IMG/VR virus record: IMGVR_UViG_3300028394_000001
Coordinates: 64,001-128,000 of that record
DNA: 64,000 nt
Reading direction: 5' to 3' (one strand)
From: a virus
The translations under genes were made by a program, and so were the position numbers. The notes below the pieces were generated by a model that worked only from the letters and a program-made list of their open reading frames with translations, made no database searches and was not told where the DNA came from. Shown piece after piece: positions 30,078-40,560 of the stretch. How positions within the stretch are numbered: position 1 is the first letter of the stretch; the number at the start of each line of letters is the position of its first letter.

Positions 30078-30827
30078 ATGAAATTATTATCAGTCGGTAA
30101 TCCCAAAACGCTCAAGGGTATGACTCAAGGTTATATGACCTATATTCTGCACCTTGCTCCTGCTACATTATCAGGACATAATACTTGCCCCAAAGCAACG
30201 GCAGGTTGTATTGCTGCCTGCTTGAATACTGCTGGTCGCGGCGGTATGTTCAAAAAAGGTGAAAATACCAATGTTATTCAAAAGGCACGGATCCGTAAAA
30301 CTGTATTCTTTTACGAAGAGCGTGCTGGTTTCTTTGAGTGGTTGGTCGCTGATATTAAATTAGCAATCAAGCAGGCAGCGAAACAAGGTCTGGTTCCTGT
30401 GTTCCGCCTCAATGGTACCTCTGATATATCATGGGAAAAATATACTGTCGAGGTAGACGGTGTGACATATATCAATATTTTCGCGGCATTTCCTAATGTC
30501 CAATTCTATGACTACACCAAGGTGCTAGGTCGTAAAGTAAATAATATTGCTAATTATCACCTGACATTTTCTGCTGCTGACGGTAATGATGCTGATGTAA
30601 TGTCGGCGATGACCCAAGGTTATAATATTGCTGTAGTATTCGGCATCAAAAAAGGTTCAGCAATGCCTGAGACCTATAAATTTATGCCTGTATTTAACGG
30701 CGATGAGTCGGACCTGCGTTTCCTGGACCCTGCAAACTCTGTGGTCGGTCTCTATGCAAAAGGTAAAGCGAAAAAGGATACCTCTGGTTTCGTAAAATAC
30801 CCTTCAATTATGCTCAAATCGGCATAA
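30078..30827 (+). CDS. GP88/DUF7227-like protein with a Cys triad (possible radical-SAM-like Fe-S enzyme)
   Basis: TCPKATAGCIAACL, RLNGTSD, FYDYTK and GDESDLRFLD motifs. Confidence 0.7.
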   Translation: MKLLSVGNPKTLKGMTQGYMTYILHLAPATLSGHNTCPKATAGCIAACLNTAGRGGMFKKGENTNVIQKARIRKTVFFYEERAGFFEWLVADIKLAIKQAAKQGLVPVFRLNGTSDISWEKYTVEVDGVTYINIFAAFPNVQFYDYTKVLGRKVNNIANYHLTFSAADGNDADVMSAMTQGYNIAVVFGIKKGSAMPETYKFMPVFNGDESDLRFLDPANSVVGLYAKGKAKKDTSGFVKYPSIMLKSA

Positions 30828-30851
30828 TTATTATTTAATTATTTAATTATC

Positions 30852-31091
30852 ATGAAAATATCTTTTAATTCTTTCGCTAATTACTCGGCACAGGCAGAAT
30901 ATTCTAATATCCCAATTAAATATCTTTCTGTATTTCGGGAAATATCTAAAATCACTGGTAAATATTACAAACTGCGATACCGTGGTCCCCGTAATACTCC
31001 TGCCGATGCGTTTCCTAATCGAAACCGTAACTGCCGCCAGTCTACCTGCCTGAAGCAGAATGCGGTTACTTTCTCAGCATATGAATATTGA
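30852..31091 (+). CDS. Hypothetical basic protein
   Basis: LRYRGPR motif. Confidence 0.55.
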   Translation: MKISFNSFANYSAQAEYSNIPIKYLSVFREISKITGKYYKLRYRGPRNTPADAFPNRNRNCRQSTCLKQNAVTFSAYEY

Positions 31092-31143
31092 TGTTGTTTT
31101 AATACAACACTGGCTTGACATATCCGTTGGATTCTGTTATAAT
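31092..31143 (+). promoter_or_regulatory. sigma70 promoter with a TGTTG-N8-CAACA palindrome
   Basis: Palindrome 31092-31109; TTGACA 31115-20, 17-nt spacer, TATAAT 31138-43. Confidence 0.85.
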
Positions 31144-31171
31144 ATAGTTTGATTTGTTGATAGAGGTAATT

Positions 31172-31681
31172 ATGGAAAAAGTATTTAATTCTGGTGTTAA
31201 TCCTGTTCACTCTGGCCTGTATGTGGTCGACCGTGGTGAGAAACTCGGTACTCCGTATCGCTGGTTCGATGCCGAGTCTCAGGAATGGTCACGCTGCGAG
31301 TATCTCATGGAAGATGTGATGCAGGCCAAAGGTAAGACTGGTGCTCTCGGTTTCCTACCGTGGCGTGGTCCTGTCAAGGTCCTGGCCAAGCAACCTGTGA
31401 CCGTTGAATTGGTCGCCAATATTGAGACTGTCAAGGTAGCAAAACCCGCTAAAGCACCAAAAGCACCTAAGGCTGTCAAGGTAGCAAAAGTCAAAGTAGC
31501 GAAAGCATCTACTAAAGAAACCTTTGCAGATGGTACTATCGTGTTCCGTGCAGACCGTCAAAAATATATGGCCTGGTTCGGTGGTAAATCGGAAGCGGCC
31601 CGTCCTACGGTCGATGCTGCAAAATCATTTCTGACCAAAAAGTATGGTATCACCGAGTTTGTTGTGATTGATAACAAGTAA
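31172..31681 (+). CDS. Two-domain protein with a histone-H1-like KVAK/KAPK linker
   Basis: KVAKPAKAPKAPKAVKVAKVKVAKA. Confidence 0.65.
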   Translation: MEKVFNSGVNPVHSGLYVVDRGEKLGTPYRWFDAESQEWSRCEYLMEDVMQAKGKTGALGFLPWRGPVKVLAKQPVTVELVANIETVKVAKPAKAPKAPKAVKVAKVKVAKASTKETFADGTIVFRADRQKYMAWFGGKSEAARPTVDAAKSFLTKKYGITEFVVIDNK

Positions 31682-31690
31682 GAGGTTAAT

Positions 31691-32502
31691 ATGAAAACTG
31701 CTGATATTAAAAAAGGTATGCGTGTCCGTATGCGTAATGGCTGGTACGGTACTATGATGGATAACCAACGAGGTACAACCCGTATGGTCGAGGTAGAAGG
31801 TTATTTTACTGAAATTGGTTCGGTCTATTCGCATGATATTGTGATGGCCTTGCCTGTCAAAGGTGGTATTTGGGAGATTATCGACCACACCACTAAAGAG
31901 TTACAAGTCCAAGAGATGGACGCTCAGATTTTTGGTTAAAGGATTATTATGACTTCAATTTTTATTGTTCGTGCAGAGACCCGGGGATGTCCTGAGAGTT
32001 ATATTTCTGGTGTTTATCCCACAGCAGAATTAGCACAGGTTCGTGTCGATTTCATGCTAACTGATGGGATGGACTTGGTATGGTATGACGAAGTAAAGGT
32101 TGGCCCTGATGGTGCTGATTGTATGCTTTGCAATCGTTAATTTTATATTTGGAGAACAGGCATGAAAGAGTTTGGATTTTTTCTTGAAGCGTATCGCTTT
32201 TGTATAACGGCAGGTATTCCGACAACGAATATTGCACGCCGTGATTGGAAAACTTGGACTGTGAAAGTGATTGTAAAATGAAAATGGATATATCTACTAC
32301 TATTGGTGCCTTTGTTGCCTTGGTGATATTTGCTATCGTCCTTGGTTTCCTGCTGAGTTGGCCAATAATGTGGTTGTGGAATAATGCACTGGTTGGTGCC
32401 GTTGATGGTGTCAACGAAATTGGTTGGTTGCAGGCCTGGGGTATTAACATTCTCTCCGGTTTCTTGCTCAAGAGCTCATTGACCCACAAAACCAAAGAAT
32501 GA
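31691..32502 (+). CDS. Small hypothetical genes (31691-31939, 31949-32140, membrane protein 32278-32502)
   Basis: RBS-preceded ORFs; the last has TM helices and GWLQAWG. Confidence 0.6.
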
Positions 32503-32627
32503 TATTCTTAGGCACTGTACTGGCGGTTTTGTTCGCATTGGAACTGACCATAGGCGTTTTAATTACGATTTTGATACGCCGCTATGGTGTCTATAGGGAT
32601 TTTATTTACTCAGCATAAGGATAATAT

Positions 32628-33470
32628 ATGAAAGTGGCATTGTGTAGTGATTTGCATTTGGAATTTCAGGACATTAACATTCAGAATACTGAGGGTGCAG
32701 ATGTTTTGATTCTATCTGGTGATATTCTTGTCGCCGAGGACCTGCACAACCACCCGGAAATCCATCCAATGGATCCTGTGAATATTCCTAATTTGGGTCG
32801 CAGGCAAGCAATAGCTTTGCGTTTCCGTGACTTTATCAAGCGTTGTAGTTTTCAATTTCCTCATGTTGTGGTAATTGCAGGCAATCATGAATTCTATCAT
32901 GGCCGGTGGAAAGGTACTATTCAACACCTGCGGGATGAATACAGTAAGTTTCCAAATGTGTATTTTCTGGAACAGGACTTCAAGGTTATTGATGATGTTA
33001 CATTCATTGGTGGTACACTATGGACCGATTGCAATAATGGTGACCCCTTGACAATCAATGCATTATCTGGTATGATGAATGACTTTAGGGTTATCCGCAA
33101 TGATGAGAAAGCTTATATAAAGTTGAAGCCTGAGAACACCGTATTCAGGCACCGACAGACCGTTGGTTATTTCAAAACAGTATTGGCTGACAGAAAAGAT
33201 AGTAAAGTGGTTGTTGTCGGACACCATGCACCGACATTTAATAGTGTGCATGAAAAATACCGTAATGAGCAATTGATGAATGGTGGTTATGCTAGTGACC
33301 TGAGTGAATTTATCTTGGATAATCCACAGATTGTATTGTGGACCCATGGTCATATGCATGATCCTTGTGATTACATGGTTGGTACCACCCGTGTTGTTTG
33401 TAACCCCCGCGGTTATGCAGGACATGATGCACAGGCCGATGTATTTCAAGTGAAGTTTTTGGAGATTTGA
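32628..33470 (+). CDS. Calcineurin-like metallophosphoesterase
   Basis: SDLHLE, GDI, GNHE, HHAP, HGHMH and NPRGY motifs. Confidence 0.92.
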   Translation: MKVALCSDLHLEFQDINIQNTEGADVLILSGDILVAEDLHNHPEIHPMDPVNIPNLGRRQAIALRFRDFIKRCSFQFPHVVVIAGNHEFYHGRWKGTIQHLRDEYSKFPNVYFLEQDFKVIDDVTFIGGTLWTDCNNGDPLTINALSGMMNDFRVIRNDEKAYIKLKPENTVFRHRQTVGYFKTVLADRKDSKVVVVGHHAPTFNSVHEKYRNEQLMNGGYASDLSEFILDNPQIVLWTHGHMHDPCDYMVGTTRVVCNPRGYAGHDAQADVFQVKFLEI

Positions 33471-34032
33471 TAATGAGTTTAGATGTTGATTTGATGGTGA
33501 TGCAACCTGTATCTGTTTACAGTAGAAACATCACACATAATTTGAATGTAATGGCTAGTCAGGTTGTGGTCGGTGAAAACAATCTCACCCTCTATGACAT
33601 TCTATGGCAGCCCGAAGAACATGGGTTTACCCATGCTCGGATGATTGTTGATTACTTGGATGAAGGATGGAACATTCTAATGTCTGATCCAGAATTCTTC
33701 AAGCAATTTGATCCAGAGAATGGTTGGGGTTCTTATGAAGGACTATGTGATTTTGTATACACATACAGAAACGCTTGTAGAGACAATATGGAAGCAGAAT
33801 TGGAGGTGAGTAAATGAAAACAATTGAATTAAGTGCGGAAGTTGCTGATGGTATTACCTTGTCTAATCTCAAAGAACACCGAGAATATCTCGCTAATGGA
33901 TTGCAAAAATGGAAGGACAACCCTAAGTCAGATTCCAATCCGAATGGTTATTGGATGCATCCAGAAGATGTGCTAGGTGATGCGGTAATCATCAAAGCTT
34001 TAGATACTGTTATCAGTTATTACGGAGGTTAA
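33467..34032 (+). CDS. Two hypothetical proteins (33467-33817, 33814-34032)
   Basis: First has NITHNL..MA and PENGWGSYEG, a recurrent phage motif. Confidence 0.6.
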
Positions 34033-34428
34033 ATGATTGATTGTTTGATTCTTGGTGATAGTATTGCAGTTGGCACACAGCAATTTCGGCCTAGGTGTAT
34101 TGCATATGCAGAAGGTGGTATCAATAGTTCTCAATGGAACAAACGGAATGCGAATAAGAATCTGAATGCTAATACAGTCATTATCAGCCTAGGGTCAAAT
34201 GACCATGAGGGTGTTAGGACGCTGTGGGAACTACAGCAATTAAGGACTAAGGTCAATGCTGAACGAGTGTTTTGGATACTGCCTGCAATCAAACCTGATG
34301 TTCAGAAGATGGTTGAATTGGTAGCAAAAGACCACGGAGATATTGTATTACCAATTGAAAAACTTGCGAAAGACAAAATACATCCAAGTTGGTCGGGTTA
34401 TAGGAAACTAGCAGAGGAAACAAGATGA
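34033..34428 (+). CDS. SGNH/GDSL hydrolase-like protein
   Basis: GDSI, SLGSND and DKIHP..GY motifs. Confidence 0.8.
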   Translation: MIDCLILGDSIAVGTQQFRPRCIAYAEGGINSSQWNKRNANKNLNANTVIISLGSNDHEGVRTLWELQQLRTKVNAERVFWILPAIKPDVQKMVELVAKDHGDIVLPIEKLAKDKIHPSWSGYRKLAEETR

Positions 34429-34646
34429 TTGAAATTTTTATACCGGTACTATTCATGTGCCTAAATGGCAACTGCAATTTTATGCAGGCGCAAACACATT
34501 ATAAGAGTGAAGTACAATGCAGAGCATCTATCGATACACAAAAGAAAGTGATGATTCAAAATGCCGAGAAATCAGGATTTCCTATTGAGACATTGGAAGG
34601 CACCTGTATCAATGCAAAAGTGGACGGCCTAAAAGGACAAGTCTAA
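34425..34646 (+). CDS. Small Cys-containing exported protein
   Basis: Hydrophobic N-terminus and four Cys; resembles the N-terminus of 41144-41647. Confidence 0.6.
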   Translation: MIEIFIPVLFMCLNGNCNFMQAQTHYKSEVQCRASIDTQKKVMIQNAEKSGFPIETLEGTCINAKVDGLKGQV

Positions 34647-34647
34647 C

Positions 34648-34713
34648 TGTTGTATAAAAACAACAAAAATCACAACTGTGGTTGCTTGACATTTCTGCCA
34701 GTCCTGATATAAT
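34648..34713 (+). promoter_or_regulatory. sigma70 promoter carrying both palindromic boxes
   Basis: TGTTG-N8-CAACA 34648-65; CAAC-N4-GTTG 34673-84; TTGACA 34686-91; TATAAT 34708-13. Confidence 0.85.
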
Positions 34714-34745
34714 AGACTCTTAATTGATACACAACTGGAGATTTT

Positions 34746-35612
34746 ATGTCTAATATTTTCACTATCGGCGACAAGTTTGCAGCTATTATCGACGGCAAGA
34801 CCGTCAAGCGTTCCAACCGCCGTGCTTTAGAGCGTATGCTCAAGCGTACCGATGCGGCAGAACCTGTCGTTGAATCTAAATTCACAATCAACCAGCGTTT
34901 TGGTTTTGTGAAAGATATGGTCACTATGCTCGCTAACGGCGACCAAGCGTCCGTTGTTGTTACTGGTCCTGGTGGTCTCGGTAAATCTCATACTGTGTCG
35001 GCTGCTTTGCGTGACGCCGGTTTCAATGATGTATCTGTGCTCGATGAGCTCGATGTTGGCGACAATATCCCCAAGAATTCATATCGTGTTATCAAAGGTT
35101 ACTCTACACCTAAAGGTCTGTATCGCGTCCTGTATGAGAACCGCAATTCGGTTATCGTGTTCGATGATTGTGACTCTGTGCTCAAGGATCCTGTGTCCTT
35201 GAATCTGCTCAAAGCTGCTCTCGATTCTTACTCTCGCCGTATCATTTCTTGGCGTGCAGATATTAAAGATGAAGACCTGCCTAATGTCTTTGAATTCAAA
35301 GGCCGCGTGGTGTTTATCTCTAACCTGTCCTCAGGTTCTATGGACCAAGCAATCATCACTCGGTCGCTTGCTGTTGACCTGACTATGACTGCTAAGCAGA
35401 AGGTCGAGCGTATGCGTTTCCTGTTGACTCAAGCAGACTTCATGGAAGATTTTGCTATGACTCACAAGTCGGATGCAATGGAGCTGATTGATACTCTGTG
35501 TGAGAAAATCAAAGAATTGTCCTTGCGTACTCTTATGCAAGTGATTAAGATTCGGAAATCTAATCCGAATGGTAAGTGGAAAGAATTGGCGGAATACGCT
35601 ATCTGCGGTTAA
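34746..35612 (+). CDS. P-loop/AAA+ ATPase conserved in T4-like phages
   Basis: Walker A GPGGLGKS; Walker B IVFDDCD. Confidence 0.85.
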   Translation: MSNIFTIGDKFAAIIDGKTVKRSNRRALERMLKRTDAAEPVVESKFTINQRFGFVKDMVTMLANGDQASVVVTGPGGLGKSHTVSAALRDAGFNDVSVLDELDVGDNIPKNSYRVIKGYSTPKGLYRVLYENRNSVIVFDDCDSVLKDPVSLNLLKAALDSYSRRIISWRADIKDEDLPNVFEFKGRVVFISNLSSGSMDQAIITRSLAVDLTMTAKQKVERMRFLLTQADFMEDFAMTHKSDAMELIDTLCEKIKELSLRTLMQVIKIRKSNPNGKWKELAEYAICG

Positions 35613-35624
35613 TAGGAGTTTATT

Positions 35625-35801
35625 ATGACTGACGATAAGAAAGATGAAATGTTCGATTTCCTGGACGCTGTCCGAGAATCTGGTGCCGTCAATATGTTTG
35701 AGGGTGCCAAATTGATCCAATATGAATATGGACTCAGCCGGTATGAAGCTCGAGACATTCTAGTGGAGTGGATGAAAACATACCCTAGGACTGTTGCCTA
35801 A
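35625..35801 (+). CDS. Small conserved phage protein (58 aa)
   Basis: AGGAG RBS; FLDAVRESGAVNMF motif. Confidence 0.65.
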   Translation: MTDDKKDEMFDFLDAVRESGAVNMFEGAKLIQYEYGLSRYEARDILVEWMKTYPRTVA

Positions 35802-35844
35802 AAACAACACATACCATTGACATTTATGCCGAATAGTGTATAAT
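35792..35844 (+). promoter_or_regulatory. sigma70 promoter with a TGTTG-N8-CAACA palindrome
   Basis: Palindrome 35792-35809; TTGACA 35817-22; TATAAT 35839-44. Confidence 0.8.
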
Positions 35845-35874
35845 ACCACTATTGACTCAGTAAATAGGATTTTT

Positions 35875-37401
35875 ATGCGTACTAAACAAATTGTTCCCGG
35901 TTTCAAAAACAAACAGCGGGTTCGTGCTATCGTCAATGGTGTTGGTTATATTACAACAATTCAAGACCTTGTGTGTGGTCCTTTCAGCACACAAACTACA
36001 GCATTGCTGAATGTCCTGCACATAATGAAAAATGAAAACTGTGGCGGTGTTGGTACTACAATACGAACATTCGACCATGAAATGAAAGAGCATTCATTTC
36101 AAATTCAATTAAACTTGATATGAGAAAACCAATTTCAGATATTGACCAGGTGCTTATTGCAAGTAACCTGATTGCTTGTGCAACCCAAGATATTGAATTT
36201 ATGACCAAAAGGTCGTATGATTTTATTTCCAATAGAGTTGGATTTACTAAACACACTGACCGTGAAACTTTCATTAAGGTTTATAAATTACCAATAGATT
36301 TAGCCTGTGATATTTTGGATCTTCGAACATTTAATCAATATGAGCATGTTCAACCCGGTGATTTGAATTACGAATACTATATGTCAGTTCGTAAGGTTTA
36401 CAATGCTATCGTTGAAGGTATTATGAGTTATGTATCACATTTTGAAAGAAACAACTAATTGGAAAATGGCCGGTTCGGCCTGCAACCATGTATATCTGTT
36501 TGAAGATAAACCTAAAGGTAAAACCGTGAAGGCTGTAGGTTACATTCGGCAAGATAGTGATGAGGTAGCATTTTTCAAAAATGGTTTGACAATGAACCTG
36601 AAGAACAGGACCTTTGTCGAGGTAAAAAAGGTGAAGATATGAACGAACGAATTAAAGAACTGGCTCTACAGGCTAACATAGATTTCATTTATGATCCAAC
36701 AGAAACGCCAATGAGGGCATTTGCTGAATGTTGGGAAGATGAACTGGAAAAGTTCGCCGAGTTGATTATACAGGAATGTATCAGCATTGTGGAAGAACAG
36801 AAAGAATGTCTGTGTGAAGAACAGCAATACTGGTCCGACCATGACTATGGATACGAAATGGCTGTGAATGATGCCAGCAAGGGTATCAAACAATTTTTCG
36901 GAGTTGAAGAATGAAAGTTAAACTGACTATTGAACTTGAGTTGCCCGATGAAACTCCAGGAATGCTAAAAGCACAACAAGAAGATTTGGGACAGTTGTTG
37001 TTTGATGTATATATCAACTATGCTACTTTAAGACATTTTCGGGATTCGCTAGAATGGTGTGCTAGGGGCAAAGTCGGTTCTGACAATGAAGATCCCAGAG
37101 CAAAACTAATCTACCAACACCACGACACTTGGGGTAAGATTTGCCAAAACGCCAAATGGGATTTTGAGGTAGTATGATGAACGAACGAATTCGAGAACTT
37201 TGGCGTGACTGTGTGTTGAAACATACAAAGGATCCTATGAACTGGCAGACAGTCGCCGATGAATTCGCCGAGTTGATTGTTAGGGAATGTATTGAGATAG
37301 TTGAATACAAAGGTCGCAAGATTGGGACAAAACATCCGGTTGGGTTCAATCTCATGGATGCTGCATGGGATATAAAAGAACATTTTGGAGTTGAAGAATG
37401 A
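35875..37401 (+). CDS. Run of small early genes (35875-36123, 36120-36458, 36430-36642, 36639-36914, 36911-37177, 37174-37401), including two paralogous NERI(K/R)EL...FGVEE genes
   Basis: Overlapping starts, mostly ATGA; shared motifs between the two paralogues. Confidence 0.6.
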
Positions 37402-37531
37402 GTGAGAAGCAATACACCCACAGCTTCACTCGCAAAATTGTGGGTTTCGTTTATTGTGCTCATTGTGGTCTGATACGGTTAAACAATGATGCAACATTTA
37501 AGTTAGTTAGAACAAGTTGTCCGAGGTAATT

Positions 37532-38077
37532 ATGAATTATTTGTATATGTTAGTTGGTGTTCCAGGTTCAGGTAAATCTACTTGGGCTAAACAACAAAAA
37601 TGGTCTAATTCTCCTAATCCCTGTAGTTATATTTCTACAGACAAACACATTGATAGGTGGGCTGAAGAACTAGGTCGAGATTATACTGATATTTTCTCTA
37701 CTTTCATGCCAGCAGCCGTAGAGTTGATGACTTGTGAAGTTATCTATGCTCGCGAAAACAACCAAGATATTATTTGGGATCAAACCTCCACTACTGTGTA
37801 CAGTCGGCGTAAAAAGTTTGATATGTTGCCTGATTACTATGCTATCGCTGTGGTATTTCCTACACCTGACCGGTTGGAACTGAATGAAAGACTCAAACTT
37901 CGGCGAGGTAAAATTATTCCTGTGGATGTAATTGATAATATGATCCAAGGATATGAACCTCCTACATTGAAGGAAGGTTTTAAGGAAATCTGGACATGGA
38001 AAGAAACCACTACAGCACCTATGTTCAATCAAGGACACCGCCATCCTATACTGAGTTTCGATATTGTCAAGGGCTGA
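37532..38077 (+). CDS. P-loop kinase (AAA_33 / PNK kinase-like)
   Basis: GVPGSGKST, ISTD, WDQT and EGF.EI motifs. Confidence 0.85.
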   Translation: MNYLYMLVGVPGSGKSTWAKQQKWSNSPNPCSYISTDKHIDRWAEELGRDYTDIFSTFMPAAVELMTCEVIYARENNQDIIWDQTSTTVYSRRKKFDMLPDYYAIAVVFPTPDRLELNERLKLRRGKIIPVDVIDNMIQGYEPPTLKEGFKEIWTWKETTTAPMFNQGHRHPILSFDIVKG

Positions 38078-38091
38078 AACCAAAAAAGTGC

Positions 38092-38120
38092 TTGACATAT
38101 ACCACAAAGTGGTGTATAAT
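38092..38120 (+). promoter_or_regulatory. sigma70 promoter
   Basis: TTGACA-17 nt-TATAAT. Confidence 0.8.
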
Positions 38121-38281
38121 GTAATTTTTAACTGGAGATTGTATGGCAAGGATGAAAGATGTTTATGCAGAGATTCAAGACATGGCTGATAATGGCTATG
38201 ATACTGATGAAATTGCATTGATGTTGGAAGTTGATATTAAACAAGTGCAGGCTACATTGGGTCTGACAGTAGATGGAGAAA

Positions 38282-39460
38282 ATGATGAATAAGAATCAAA
38301 AAGAGTTTATTGCAGCAGCTACACAAAAGTATGGTGTCGGTGCAATTATTTCCCGTGACCAAATTTCTGATGTTGTAGAAGAATCTGGTTGCACCTATCC
38401 CTTCTGGTTGGTAACTAAGACTGAACACCGTGCAGGTCGTGGTCAGTATATTGTTCCCTACATTGCAGGTCTTGTACCTGTGAAAGCAAAAGAACCTGAA
38501 CCTGAACTTGCTACTGTTGACATGGCAGTTGGTCAAGTCCTTTCATTTCGCCAACCTAAACTGGTTGATGAATCTGACACCTCTATTCCCGTAAAGTATC
38601 CTGATTATGTCCCTTTTGGTTTCTTTAAAGACCTTCGCAATATTGTTAAGTCTTCTATGTTTTATCCCGTGTTCGTTACTGGTCATTCTGGCAACGGCAA
38701 AACACTTATGGTTGAACAAGTATGCGCTGAGCTCCAGCGTGAGTGCATCCGTGTTAACATTTCTATTGAAACTGATGAATCAGACCTGTTGGGTGGTCCT
38801 ACTCTTGTCAACGGCAATGTCGTCAACCGTGATGGTCCTGTCATTATTGCTATGAAACGTGGTGCAGTCCTTCTAATCGATGAAGTTGACCGTGGTTCAA
38901 ACAAACTAATGTGCTTGCAAGGTATTCTTGAAGGCAAACCTTATTACAACAAAAAATCTGGTGAGTTGGTACATCCTAAAACCGGTTTCAATATCATTGC
39001 TACTGCAAACACCAAAGGTCGTGGTTCAGATGAAGGTAAGTATCTGTCACAAATTCTTGATGATGCATTCCTTGAACGCTTTCCTATTACAGTCGAACAG
39101 GACTATCCTGATGTTAAGACTGAAACAAAGATTCTGAAGCCTTTGATTGCTGAAGAAGATTTCGTTACCTGCTTGGTTACATGGGCTGATACAGTTCGTA
39201 AGACATTCAAAGAGGGTGGTACAGATGAAATCATTTCTACTCGCCGTTTGGTCCACATTGCACGAGCATATACGATTTTCAATGACCGCATGAAGGCTAT
39301 TACACTCTGTGTTAATCGTTTCGATGAAGAAACTAAGACTGCATTCCTTGACCTGTATAGCAAAGTCGATGCAAAAGTCCATGCACCTGAACCAGTGCCA
39401 GATCCGGCGCCTGCAAAACCAATTGCACCGGCACCTGATGATGAAGAAATTCCCTTTTAA
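38282..39460 (+). CDS. CobS-like MoxR-family AAA+ ATPase
   Basis: GHSGNGKT, LLIDEVD, ATANTKG, AFLERF and ISTRRL motifs. Confidence 0.9.
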   Translation: MMNKNQKEFIAAATQKYGVGAIISRDQISDVVEESGCTYPFWLVTKTEHRAGRGQYIVPYIAGLVPVKAKEPEPELATVDMAVGQVLSFRQPKLVDESDTSIPVKYPDYVPFGFFKDLRNIVKSSMFYPVFVTGHSGNGKTLMVEQVCAELQRECIRVNISIETDESDLLGGPTLVNGNVVNRDGPVIIAMKRGAVLLIDEVDRGSNKLMCLQGILEGKPYYNKKSGELVHPKTGFNIIATANTKGRGSDEGKYLSQILDDAFLERFPITVEQDYPDVKTETKILKPLIAEEDFVTCLVTWADTVRKTFKEGGTDEIISTRRLVHIARAYTIFNDRMKAITLCVNRFDEETKTAFLDLYSKVDAKVHAPEPVPDPAPAKPIAPAPDDEEIPF

Positions 39461-39475
39461 TTGAAAGAATATATT

Positions 39476-40289
39476 ATGGCTACAAAACTTAAAGTACGCA
39501 CTGGCAAACAAAATCGCCACGAAAAAATCGCAGTTGTGATGTTGTCAGGCCTGCCTGTATCACCAGATAATATTAAGGCCTGTTTCAAGGGCACCGACCA
39601 AGAGGCAGTCCTGTATCGGTTGCCGACTAATATATACAATATCCGTCGTGATGGAGGCGTGATTAAAGTGTTCAAGACAGGTCGTAATGTCACTGCTTAT
39701 CAACTAATGAATCGTAACGAGTTTAATGCAGAAGGACGATACATTGGTCGACCTACTACTGTGACACCTGTTACTGAAAGAGAAAATATCGTAACGCAAA
39801 TTGTAACGGAAGAATTGGAGACTGCATGAGTGGATGGAGAAAACGGCAGATTGCCGACAAGATTGAAGATGATACGACCAATTCGAGGAGTATCTCGCAA
39901 TGGTATATTGAAAACAATGTAGAGATTACCTGGTATGTACTTGGCATCTTAACAATGTCTGTGATGGATTCCTTAATCAAGCGTCAATATTCGGCAGCAG
40001 GATTTATTTTTGTCCTTATGGTTGCTAACTATCTACTACGAAAACATGGATTCCGTAAATGAAAAAAAGAGACCGCAAAAACCTACATTACCTATTGAGT
40101 TTGGATGAAATGACACTACTTGCGTGGTGGCTGTCAGCCCCTATGCCGGACAAAGAATATGCAACCGAACTTTTGAAAATGTACAGCGAAGAGCTTGACA
40201 ACCGTAAGATTTTGTGTTATGATGGTCCCGAGGACGGGGATTTTGCCCAGGCAAATGACCTAATCAATAGTATTAAGAGTAAATTGTAA
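39476..40289 (+). CDS. Three hypothetical proteins (39476-39829, membrane protein 39826-40062, 40059-40289)
   Basis: Overlapping ORFs in operon context. Confidence 0.55.
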
Positions 40290-40300
40290 ATAGAGGATAT

Positions 40301-40558
40301 ATGATGAATCGTAAATGGTTTGAAGAATTGCTAACTGACCAAGTTGTGACAGTGGCTTTTGTTAAGAAAGATGGAACTGAACGCAATATGCGTTGTACAC
40401 TTATGCCTGAATGGATGCCTGATACAGCGGTGCCTGCTCGTGAGGGAACTACTCAGCGTGCTAAATCTGAAAAATCGGTTTCTGTGTATGACCTAGATAT
40501 TAACAGCTGGCGTGCATTCAGTATTGAATCTGTTAAGTCGATTACATTCGGAGCATAA
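40301..40558 (+). CDS. SH3/Sm-fold (WYL_2-like) protein
   Basis: V.FVKKDGTERNMRCTL...VYDLD..SWRAF; promoter TTGACA-17 nt-TATGAT at 40195-40223. Confidence 0.75.
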   Translation: MMNRKWFEELLTDQVVTVAFVKKDGTERNMRCTLMPEWMPDTAVPAREGTTQRAKSEKSVSVYDLDINSWRAFSIESVKSITFGA

Positions 40559-40560
40559 TC

